NCBI GenBank assembly: GCA_029262755.1
Contig: JAJCYU010000209.1
Span: 1 to 38,287 of the forward strand
Direction of reading: 5' to 3'
Length of the DNA: 38,287 nucleotides
Source: Anaerolineae bacterium
GTDB lineage: Bacteria > Chloroflexota > Anaerolineae > Epilineales > Epilineaceae
Shown here: piece by piece, positions 21,601 to 33,600 of the stretch
How positions within the stretch are numbered: position 1 is the stretch's first letter
Layout of the letters: the number at the start of each line of letters is the position of its first letter
Program-made: the position numbers and the translations under genes
The notes under the pieces: model-generated
Database searches by the model: none
Seen by the model: only the letters and a program-made list of their open reading frames with translations
Told to the model about the DNA's origin: nothing

Positions 21601-24600
21601 CTCGAAGTTCGGACCGCCCGCGGGCGTGCCGATGGCGCTCGGCGGCGTCGCCGTGCAGCTGCCGGCCGGCGCCCCGAGCACCGTCGACGTGATCGCGGAG
21701 ACCACGTAGGGGCCGTCCGCCAGCATCACGTCGCTGATGATGAGGTTGCGCGCCACGCTGGGCCCGAAGTTCTGGACGCGCACCGTGTAGGTCACGGTCT
21801 CGCCCGCGGAGGCCACGTTGTCGGGCTTCACGAACTTCTGGATGCGTAGGTCGTGCACGGCGCGAACGATGATCTCGGCCGCGTCCACGTTGTTGCCCTG
21901 GTTGCCGTCCGGCGTCTCGCTCTGGACCTCGGCGCTGTTGACCAGCGGCGTGCCCTCGGCGACCCCGGCGTCCACCGTGGCGTCGATCGTGAAGCTCTGC
22001 GACTGGCCCGGCGTGAAGTCGCCGAGATCACAGACCACCAGCGGCGGCGACGAGGCGTCGCACGCACCGCCAAGGCTGTCGGTGAGATAGGTCAGGCCGG
22101 CGGGCAGGGTGTCGGTGACGACCACGCCGATGGCGTCGGACGGACCGAGGTTGGTCACGTCGAGCGTGAAGCGCACCGTCTGGCCGGCGGTCGGCATATT
22201 ATCGTCGACCGACTTGTCGATGGCCAGGTCGGCGCCGGTGCCGATCTCGGTCACGACCTCGGCCACGTTGTTGGCTTGGCAGAAGTCGAGCGTGGCGTTG
22301 CTGTTAACACTCGCCTCGTTGTCAATCGTGCCGCTCGCGTCTGCGTCGACCACCGCGTTCACGACGATGGCGGCACCGTCGGTCGGGAGCATTGTGCCAA
22401 GATCGCAAGTCACGAGGGTCACGGTGGGCCCGCTTCCGAGCTCCGCGCAGGTCCCTGGATGATTGACCACATAGGCATTTAGAAGGGTGAGTTCAGCCGG
22501 CAGGCTATCGAATACCTTCACGTTGTGCGCCATGGACGGGCCGCGATTGAAGACTTGGATCAGGTATTGGATCGGATCGCCGGCCAAGACTGCGGCGGGT
22601 GCTTCCTTGATTAGCATCAGATCGGCCCGCCCATCGATGCTCACGATGGACGAGTCCACGTTGTCGCTGTTGTCGTCGTCGAAGACGTTGCTGGTCACCA
22701 ACGCGTCGTTCTCGATGACCGCCTCGATGCCCTGCGGCTCACTGATCCGCGGGTCGACCAGCGCCGTGATCGTGATCAGGCGGGTCTCGCCCGGCAGGAG
22801 CTCGCCCAGCGTGCAGACCATGCGGTCCACGGCGCTGCCCGGCGTGCCGGTGGAGCAGCTGCCGCCGTCCGCGGCGTAGTCGATCACCTGCAGACCGGCC
22901 GGCAGCCGGTCGCTGACCTGCGTGTTCTCCGCCGGCGAGGGGCCGGCGTTGTTGACGCTGAGCGTATAGGTGATCAGCAGGCCCGGCGTGACGGCATCCG
23001 GCACCTCGCTGATCGTGCCGATGCAGTCCTCGAAGCCGACCTGGCCCAGCGCCGTCTTGTCGATCGAGAGATCGGCCACCTCGGTGACCTCGTGCTGCGC
23101 GATCGCCTGGTTGTTCGAGGCGTCCGGATCGAGGTCGTTGCTGGTGACGCTGGCGATGTCGTTGATCGACGCGCCGTCCTCGCCCGTCACCACGATCTCG
23201 ATGACCCAGCGGCCCAGGCCGTTGCCCGGCTCGAAGCGCGGCAGGTCCTCGTTGAGCGTGCAGGTGACCGTCGCACGTTGGCTGAAGCTGCCCGGCGCCG
23301 GCGCGCAGGTCGGCGCGATGAAGCTGCCGTTGACGTCCGGGTTGATGCTGACGATCTCGAAGAGGCCGTCGGAGAGGATTTCGTCGGTCACCACGACGCC
23401 GTGGCCGAAGCTCGGGCCGAGGTTGTCGACGATGAGCGTGTAGGTCAGGTTCTCGCCGGCGCGCACCGTGCCGTCCGGCTTGCCGAACTTGAGCACGCGC
23501 AGGTCCGCGACGCTGTTGACGTCGAGGTCGGCGTCGTCGGCGTTGTTGGACAGATCCGGGTCCAGCGTGTCCGTCGGGGCGCCCACCAACGCGCTGTTGG
23601 CCGCCTGCAGCCCGAGCGGGCTGTCGGCGAGCACGTCGAAGATGATCTCGAAGGCGACCGAGTCACCTGCGCCCAGCTGGCCGATCGGGCATTCGAGCTC
23701 GCCGGCGCCGGAGACGACGCAGCTGCCGCTGTCCACCGCGTAGGCCAGCACGGCCGTATCGAAGGTGTCGGTGACGACGATACCGTTGTCGCCGTTGTAG
23801 TCGCTGGGGCCGTTGTTGGTGACCACGAGCTCGAAGGTGACCTGGCCGCCGGCCGTCGGCGCGGCGTCCTGCGCGGTCTTCGTGATGGAAAGGTCGGTGA
23901 CGCGGAAGACCGTCGTGTCCTCGCTCGTCGACACGAGGTCGGCATTGGAGGCCGCGGCGCCCGCGGTGTTCGTCAGCGTGACGTCGCCGTCCGCCTCGTC
24001 GCCCGGCACCGCACTGGGCAGCACCTGCAGCGACAGCGCGATCTCGACGACCTCGCCGACGGGCATGGCGCCCATCTGGCAGTCGACCGTGTTGCCGGCC
24101 GGCGCGTAGACGCAAGATCCGCCGCTACCGGCGGGCGTGCCGCCGACGCCGCGCGTGATGCCGCTGGAGAGCAGCGCCACGCCGGCGGGTAGCACGTCGG
24201 TGATGGCCACGTCCATGGCCACCGACGGGCCCGTGTTCGTCACGGTGATCGTGTAGTCGAGCAGCTCGCCGGCGTTGACCGGATCCGGCGCGTCGGCCTT
24301 GCTGATCTCCAGCGTCGCCGTCGAGGCGATCTCGGAGATCGTCGACGTGCAGTTGTCGACGTTGACCGGATCGAACTCGTCGCTGTAGGTGCAGGCGTCG
24401 TTCTCGAGCGTCGTGCCGTCCGGCAGGCCGTCGTCGAGATCCGCGACGATCGTGAAGGTGGCGCTTTCGCCGTCGGCCAGGGTGCCCAGGCCACAGGTCA
24501 GCTGATCCACCGCGCTGCCGGGCGTGCCGGTGGCACAGGAGGCGAGCGAGGCGTCGCCGGTCACGTCCGTGACCACGATGCCCGGCGGCAGCCGGTCGAA

Positions 24601-27600
24601 GACCGCCACGTTCTCGGCGGTCGAGGTGCCGTTGTTGGTCACGCCGATCGTCCATTCGATGGTGCCGCCAGCGATCAGGTCGCCGCCGCTCTGGACCTTG
24701 CTGATCTCCAGGTCGGCGACCGTGGTCACCTCGTGCTGCACCAGCGCCTGGTTGTTGCTCTGATCCAGATCCTCGGCCTGCTGGCTGATCACCGAGGCCG
24801 TGTTGTTGATCGACTGGTCCTCGTCGGCCGTCACGATGACGTCGAAGATCACCTGCTCGTAGACCGCCATGTCGTCGATCACGCAGGTGAAGGCGACGTT
24901 GCCCGGACCGACCGTCGCCGGCGTGGCCAGCGAGACGCTGCTGCACGCGCCGCCGGTGTCGATGTCTTCGATGGTGAACACGCCGTCGGAGCTGAGCACG
25001 TCCGTGACCAGGATGCTGCGCGCCACGCTCGGGCCCAGGTTGTCCACGACGATGGTGTAGCTCAGGTTCTCGCCGGCGCGCACGCTGCCGTCCGGCTTGC
25101 CGTACTTGGTGATGCGCAGGTCGGCGATCTGGGCCACGGCGACCGTCTCGTCGTCGCTAGCCGTGCCGCCGCTTCCGGTGCCCGCGGGCGTGGCGTCGGC
25201 GCTCTCCCACGTGACCTCGGCCGTGTTGTCGATCGGGCCCTCGGCCGCGTCGTCGACCTCGACGGTGATCTCGAAGCTGCGGGTCTCGCCGGGCAGCAGG
25301 TCGCCCAGGTCGCAGGTGACCAGCTGCGCCGCCTCGCTGCACGTGGCGGAGGTGGCGTAGAGGTAGCTGTAGGCCGCGTCCAAGGTGTCGCTGACCGCGA
25401 CGTTGAAGGCCGTCGACGGGCCCTCGTTGGTGACGCTCAGCTCGTAGGTCAACGTGCCGCCGGCGACCGCGATCAGGTTGCCGAACTCGTCGGTGCCTGC
25501 CGGGGTCTGGCTGCGGCTGACGGCCGTCTTGGTGAGAGCGACGGCGGACTCGTTGACGACGGCGGTGGTTTCGGTGGTGTCGCTCGCGAACAGGAAGCCG
25601 ACGCTCACCCCAGACCCTGCGGTGCTTACGGTGCCAATTTCGTCGTCCAGTACGAATCCGTCCGGCGTGTTCGGATCGACCGCAAAGCTCAGCGTGAGGA
25701 TGCGGGAACCTTCCACCTCGATCGAGCCGACATCGCAGAAGACGTTAAATGTCACATGATCGGCGTTGCAGTCCGCCTCCCCGCCTGTTAGCCCGAAGGA
25801 CTGAAGCGTCAGGTAGGGCCAGTCGTCGGGCCCGATCGTGTCGTGGATGACCACGTTCGGAGCCGGAGATGGACCCGTGTTGAAGATGACGATCTCATAG
25901 GTGACGATCTCGCCGGCCACCACGGGATCCGGCTCGTCGGTCTTCGTAAGCTCCAACTCCGCGATCGCGAAAGTCTCGACCTCCGCCACGCTGTAGTTGT
26001 TCGCGATGGTCGGGTCGAAGGTGTCGGCCGTGGCCAGCGCGCCGTTCTCCAACTCGGTGAAGTTCGGCACCTCGGCGTCGATCCACGCCGTGTACGTCAC
26101 CACGGCCGTGGCGCCCGCGTTCAGCGTGCCCAGGCCACAGGTCAGCTCGTTGGCCGGGGTGAGCGAGCAGCTCCCCGTGCCGGCCGGATCGCTGACGACG
26201 GCCGTGATGCCGGGCACGTCGACGTTGAGCTCCGGCGGGATCTGGTCGGTGAGGACCACGTTCTCCGCCTGCGAAGGACCGTTGTTGGTGGTCGTCAACG
26301 TGTAGGTGACGATGTCGCCGCCGTGGATGGGATTGCCCACCGTGGCCGTCGTGGCCACCAGGCCGTTCACGCGCTTGTCCAACGCGAGGTCGGCCGTGGC
26401 TTCGATGCGCAGGGCGCGGTCGACGCAGTTGTTGCCGATGTCGGCGTCCAGGCCGTCGGCCACGACGCAGGCCTGGTTGTTGAGCGAGATCGCGTCCTGG
26501 GCCGAGGCGACCACCACGATCTCCCAGCGCCCGAACTGATCGAGCGTGCCGAGGTCGCAGCGGAAGTTGAATTCGAAGTTCGGCCCGCCGGTCGGCGTGC
26601 CGATGGCGGACGGCGCCGCGGCGGCGCAGGCGCCCATGGGCGCGCCGCCGACCGTCGACGTGATCGCCTCGACCACGTAGGGACCGCTGGCGATCATCGT
26701 GTCCGTCACGATCAGGTTGCCGGCCGTGGAGGGGCCGAAGTTGTCCACGAGCACCGTGTAGGTGACCGTGTCGCCGGCGGATGCCTCGTTGTCGGGCTTG
26801 ACGAACTTCTGGATGCGCAGGTCATAGCCGGAGCCGACGATGACCTCGATGGCGTCCGTGTTGTTGTCCGTGTTCGGGTCCGGCGTCTCGGAGCCCACCG
26901 TCGCCGTGTTGGTGAGCGCCGTGCCGTCCGGCACGTCCGCGTCCACCGTCGCGTCGATCGTGAAGCTCGTCATGCCGCCCGGCGGCAGGTCGCCAAGGCT
27001 GCAGATCACCAGCGGCGGGCCGCTGGCGTCGCAGTCGCCGCCCGTGGAGTCGGTCAGATAGGTCACGCCAGAGGGCAGCGTGTCGGTCACGGTGACCGTC
27101 ATGGCCGCCGACGGACCGAGGTTCGTGACCTTGATCGTGTAGCGGACCGTCTCGCCGGCGGTGGGCATGTTGTTGTCCACCGTCTTCTCGATGCGCAGGT
27201 CGGCGCCCAGGGCCACCGCAGTATCGGCCGTGGCCGTGTCGTTGGTGTCACAGGGGTCCACGGTGTCGGTGGTCACGGTGGCGATGTTGCTCAGCGTGCC
27301 GCCGGTGGTCGCATCCACCTGGCCGCGCAGCGTGATGCGCACGACGTCGCCGGGCATCACGTTGCCCAGCTGGCAGACCACGGTGCCGGTAGTCGTCTCG
27401 GCGCAGGTGCCGCCGGCGCCGACGATGCTGCTGCCGGTGAAGCTCACGCCCGCCGGCAGCGTGTCGACCACCTCGACGTCCTCGGCCATCGACAGGCCGG
27501 TGTTGGTGACCGTCAGGCTGTACTCGATGCCCGTGCCCGCGAGCACGGTGGCCGGCGCGTCCTTGGCGATGGCCAGGTCCGCGCGCGGCTGCAGGGTGGA

Positions 27601-30600
27601 GATCTGCGAGGTGGCGTTGTTCGCATTGTTATCGTCGAAGGAGTCGCTGCTTACCGTGACGTCGTTCTCGAGCACGCCCTCACCCAGATCGGCGTCCGCC
27701 AGCGCGCTGATGGTGACCACCGCGCTCGCGCCGACGGCCAGCTCGCCCAGGCCGCAGGTGAAGCGGTCGAGCGCGCTGCCCGGCGTGCCGGTGGCGCAGC
27801 TGCCCTGGTCGGCCGTGTAGCCGAGCACCGTGATGCCGGCCGGCAGCCGGTCCACGAGCACGACGTTGTCGGCCGTGGATGGGCCGCTGTTCGTGGCCGT
27901 GAGCGTGTAGGTGATCAAGCCGCCGGGGGTCACGTCGCCGATGGAGGCGAAGACCGTGCCGGCGCAGTCGTTCGGACCCAGCTGGCCGATGCTTGTCTTG
28001 CTGACCGAGAGATCCGCCACGGCCGTGACCTCATGCTGCACGAAGGCCGTGTTGTTGCCGAAGTCCGGGTCCAGGTCGTCGCTGGAGACCCGCGCGTAGT
28101 CGTTGATGTCCATCGCCTCGGAGGCCGTGACGGCCACCAGGATGGTCCAGCTGCCCTCGCCGTTGGAGGGGTCGAAGACCGGCATGTCGTCCGCGCCGAG
28201 CGAGCAGACCACCTGCTGGCGCGTGGGCGAGATGACGATGACGCTGCAGCTTTCCGTCGTGTAGGTGTCGCCCACGTCCGCATCGGCCACGGCGGTGCTG
28301 AAAGGGCCGTCCGCCACGATGTCGTCCGTGACCACCACGCCGTGCGCGAAGCTCGGCCCCAGGTTGTCCACGATGAGCGTGTAGGTCAGCGTCTCGCCGG
28401 CGGCCACCTGGCCGTCCGGCTTTCCGAACTTGAGCACGCGCAGGTCGGCGTGGGCCTCCACGAAGGTGTCCGCGTCGTCGAAGTTGTTCGCGGTGTTGGG
28501 ATCGGTCGTGGCCGGCGGCTCCGGCACTGTGGCGCTGTTGGTCGTCAGGCCGAGCGGCGCGTCCTCGAGCACGCGGAAGGTGACCCGGAACGTCACGCTG
28601 CCGCCCGCCTGGAGTGTGCCGATGGTGCAGCTGAGCACGCCCGGTACGGTGACACTGCAAGAGTCCGTATCGGAGAGGAACTCCAACACGGCCGCATCGT
28701 AGACGTCGGTCAAGACGATCGCGCCGCTGCCGGGATCGACGTTGTAGTCCGAGGGACCGTCGTTGGAGACGGTGATCTCGAAGGTGACCTCGTCGCCCGC
28801 GATGATCGTGGGGTCGAGCGCGGTCTTCTCGACGCCGATGTCCGTGACTCGGGTGATCGTTTCGGTGTGCGAGTCCGTATCGCCGTCAGCGTTCGAGGCG
28901 GTCGCGATTACCGAGTTTCCGACCGTGGTGTCCCCGGAGATGACGGCGGGGGGCACCGCGTCCGGGCGCACGCGCACGTGCAACGTGATGTGCACCACTT
29001 CCCCGACCGGCATGGCCCCGAGCTGGCAGTTGACACCTAAGCCGCCGAGCGTGCAGGCGCCGCCCTGACCCGCCGTGGTAATGCCCACACCACGGGCGAT
29101 GCTCGTGCCCAGCAGCTCGTAGACGGCCGGCAGCGTGTCCTCGACCGTCACGTCGTACGCCACGGCACTGCCGAGGTTCTCGACGGTCAGCAGGTAGTCC
29201 ATCTCGTCGCCCGCGGCAACCGGGTTCACGCTCGGGCTCTTGGAGACACCGATCTCTGTGAACGAGTTCACGATCGAGATCGTGCTCGCCTGGTTGTTGC
29301 TGTTGTCCGGGTCGAAGGCGTCGGAGCCCGCCCAAGCGTCGTTCTCGAGCACGGTGTCGTCGGGCAGGTCGGAGGGGATGCTCGCGGTGAGGATCGCCGT
29401 CGCCGTCTCGCCCACGGCCAGCGTGCCGAGGCCGCAGCGGAAGAGGTCCGCCGGGTCGCCCGGCGTGCCCGTGTCGCACGAGGCGAGCGAGACGTCGCCG
29501 CCCACCGCCGTCAGCACGATGCCCGGCGGGAGGCGGTCGAAGAGGGTGGAGTTGGGCGCCGTGGAGTCGCCGATGTTCGTCACCGTCACCGTCCACTCGA
29601 CGGTGCCGCCGGCCATCAGGTCGCCGCCCGACTGCGTCTTCGTGATCGCGAGGTCCGCCTCGGCGTCCACCGACAGCACCGCCATCGCCTGGTTGTTGCT
29701 CACATCGGGGTCGGCCGCGTCGGAGGCGATCGTGGCCGTGTTGGAGATCTGCTGCGCCTCGTCGGCCGTCACGCCGATGGTGAAGACGAGCTGTTCGTTG
29801 GGCGCGATGCTCGTGATGTCACAGGTGATCGTCGCGTTGCCGGGGCCGGCCGCGGCCGGCGTGGCCGGCGTCGTGGCGGCGCAGACGCCCTCGGGGTCGA
29901 TGCCCGTGATGGTGAAGGCGCCGTCGGAGCTGATCACGTCCGTGATGATCACGCCCGTGGCCACGCTCGGGCCCCAGTTGTCGACGACGACCGTGTAGCT
30001 GATGGTCTCGCCCGCGGCAACGCTGCCGTTCAGGCCGTACTTCTTGACCGCCAGGTCCGCCACGGCGTCCAGGTTGACCGTCTCCAGGTCGGCGGCGGAG
30101 CCGCCGCTGCCCGTGCCCGCCGCGGTGGCGTCCAGGCTCTCCCACGTGACGGTCGCCGTGTTGTCGAGCGTGCCGCTCGCGGCCTCGTCCACCTCGACGG
30201 TGATCTCGAAGCTCAGGCTCTGGCCCGGCAGCAGGTCGCCCACGTCGCAGGTGACCAGCTGCGCCGCCTCGGTGCAGGTGGCCGAGGTGGCGTAGAGGTA
30301 GCTCAGGTCGGCGTCGAGCAGGTCGGTGACCTGGAGGTTGAAGGCCGTGGAGGGCCCGTCGTTGCTCACGTCGATGCGGTAGGTCAGGTCGCCGCCCGCC
30401 GTCGGCGTGGCGTCGAGGGCGGTCTTCGTGATGCCCACGTCGGCCAGGTGGTCGACGGTGGTGTCCTCGGTGATGTCGGTGAAGGGGCCGAGCGCTATGG
30501 GCGAATCAACATCGAGCGCAAGGACATCGTCCAGGATCGTACCGGCCGGCGTGCTCGGATCCAGCGCGAAGGTCAGGAAGATCGCACGGTTCTCGCCGAC

Positions 30601-33600
30601 CGACAGGTCGCCCAGATCGCATTGCACGCTGTAGGTCACCGGCTCCGCGAAGCATCCCGCGCCGGCGCCACCGGTAATCTCGGCAGCCAGTAGGGTCAAG
30701 AAGGGCCAATCGTCGGCGCCGACGATGTCAATCAGCCGCACGTTTCGCGCAGTCGAGGGCCCCGAGTTCGTCACATTGACGATGTAGGCAACGGTCTCCC
30801 CGGCCACCACGGGGTCGAGCGTGTCGACCTTGCTTATGGTCATCGTCGACAGCGCGGCCACCGTCGTCGGCTCATTCACGTTGTTGTTGCCGTTGTTCGG
30901 ATCGAAGGTGTCCGCGGTGGCCAGCGCGCCGTTCACGATCACGCTGCCGTCCGGCACGTCCGCATCCACGAGGGCCGTGATGGTCACGGTGCCGCTCGCG
31001 CCCACGGCCAGCGTCCCGACGCCGCAGGTGACCTGCTGGCGCCCGTCGCCGAAGGTCTCGACCGTGCAGCTGGGGCCCGCCACGCCGAGCACGTTCAGCT
31101 CCGGCGGCAGCAGGTCCATGAGCACGACATTCTCCGCCGTCGACGGCCCGCCGTTGGTCACGTCCACGGTGTAGGTCACCGTCTCGCCGGCCGTCACCGG
31201 GTCCGGGTCGTCGCTCTTGGTCACGACCAGGTCGGCCTCGGCCGTCACCTGGATCGCGCCCGCGGCGAAGTTGTTGCTCGTGTCGCCGTCGACGGCGTCG
31301 CTGAAGACTAAGGCCTCGTTGTTGAGCGAGATCGCCTCGTCGCCGGCCTCGGCCACCACCACGACCTCCCAGCGCTCGAAAGCCGCCAAAGAGGCGAGGC
31401 TGCAATCCACCTCGGCGCGATAGTTCGGGCCCACCGTGTCGGTGGCCAGGCCGGGCGCGGTGGTGCATGCGCCACCCTGGTTGTCCGTCACGGCCACCAG
31501 CTGGTAGAGGCCGTCGGAGACCATCACGTCGGTGATGCGCACATTGGCCGCGGCGGACGGCCCGAAGTTGTCGACGATGAGCGTGTAGGTCACCAGGTCG
31601 CCGGCCGCCACGGAACCGTCCGGCTTCACGAACTTCTGGATGCGCAGGTCCGCCGCGCCGTTCAACGCGGTGAGCAGCGTGTCCGAGTCGTTGGCCGCGT
31701 TCGGGTCGTCGACGGTCGGCGAGTCCACCTCGACGACGTTGGTCAGGAAGTCACCCGAGGCGTCCTCGGCCACGTTCACGGTGATCTCGATCACCACGCT
31801 CTCGTCCGGATCCAGCGCCAGCGGGCCGCATTCCACCACGCCCGTGCTGGGCTCGCTGCACACGGCGCCGGAGGCGAAGACGAAGGTGGTGCCCGCCGGC
31901 AGGGTGTCCGTCACCAAGGCATCGGAAACCGCGCTGGGGCCGTCGTTCGTCACGACGATCTCGTAGGTCAGGCTCTCGCCGGCCACCGCCGGATTCGGCT
32001 CGGCCGTCTTGCTCACGCCGAGGTCGGCGCTGGCCTGGACGGAGGTCGCCTCGCTCGCCGTGTTGTTCGTGTCATCGGTCTCGCCGCCGTCCGAGGAGAC
32101 GCCGGCCGTGTTGGTGAAGACGTCGGTGCCGGCCGGGGTGGCCGGATCGACGAAGGTGTCGAGCAGGATGGTGCGGGTGTCGCCCGCGTCCAAGGTGCCG
32201 AGCGAACAGCTCAGGAAGGAGGGCAGGGCGAAGCCGCAGCTCTCGGTTCCCGTGCCGCCGATCACGTTCACGCCCACGAAGCTCAGCGCAGCGGGCAGGG
32301 TGTCGGTCACCACCACGCCCGTGGCCGCGGAGGGCCCGGCGTTGCCCACCTGGATGACGTATTGCAGGGCCGCGCCGGCCGTGACCGGGTCCGGCGTGTC
32401 GCTCTTGGCGATCACCAGGTCCACCTCGGTCTGGACCGTCACACAGGCCTGCGCGAAGTGGTTCGTCGAATCGTCGTCGAAGGCGCCGCTGGAGGCCATC
32501 GCGTCGTTGCACAGCAGCGTGCCGGAGACGATGTCCGTGGCCACGGGGCCACTGATGGTGATGGCGCGGCTCTCGCCGTCCGCCAGAGTGCCGAGCTGAC
32601 AAGTAACCTTGCCGCCCGCGCCGAGCGTGCAGCTGCCGCTGGGCGAGGCCGAGGCGCCGGTGGGCGAGATGCCGGTGGGCATCTGGTCCATGACCACCAC
32701 GTCGGGCGCCGCGGAGGGGCCCGTGTTGGTGACCTGCAGCGTGTAGGTGATGGTGCCGCCGGCGATCTTGACGGGCTCGTCCGTGCTCTTGCTGAGCGCC
32801 AGATCGGCCGAGGCCGTGATCTCGCGCTCGGCCATGGCCATGTTGTTGGTCATGTCCGGGTCGTCGCCGTCGTGGTCGACGGTCGCGGAGTTGTTGAGGC
32901 TGATCGCCTCGTCCGCCACCGCGGTGACCTCGACGATCCACGTGCCGTCCTGGGCGGCGTTGTCCGGCGCCAGGAAGGGCAGCGTACAACTGATGCTCAG
33001 CTGGTTGCCCGCGGAGGGCACGTCCGGCGGGCTGGGCGGCGTGCAGGCCTCGCCCGTCTGGTTGCTCAGAACGTCCGCATCGATGCCGGTGACGCGGAAG
33101 GCGCCGCTGGCCACCATCAGGTCGTTCAGGAAGACGTCCGCGGCCGTGCTGGGGCCCAGGTTCTGCACCACGAGCGTGTAGGTGACGGTCTCGCCCGCCA
33201 CGATCTCGCCGTCCGGCTTGCCGAACTTGGTGATCTTGAGGTCCGCCGTGGCATCCAGGTTGGTGACGGTGGGCGGCGGGTCGTTGTTGGCCGGGTTCGG
33301 GTCGGGGATGCCGGAGAGGCTGCCGACGCCGACCGCGTTGCTGACGGAACCCGCCGCGTCGTCGTCAATCTCGACCACGATCTCGAAGCTCAGGCTGCCG
33401 CCCGCGGCGACGGCGAGCGGGCTGCAGATCACTTCGTCCGCGCCGCCCGGGCCGGTGCCCGCGCTCAGCACGCAACTGGGGTGCGTGGCGTAGAGGAAGG
33501 TCGCCTCGAGCGGCAGCACGTCCACCACCTCGGCGTCGGGCACGTCGGAGGGCCCGTTGTTGACGACGGTGACGGCATAGGTCAGCTCACCGCCCGGAAC

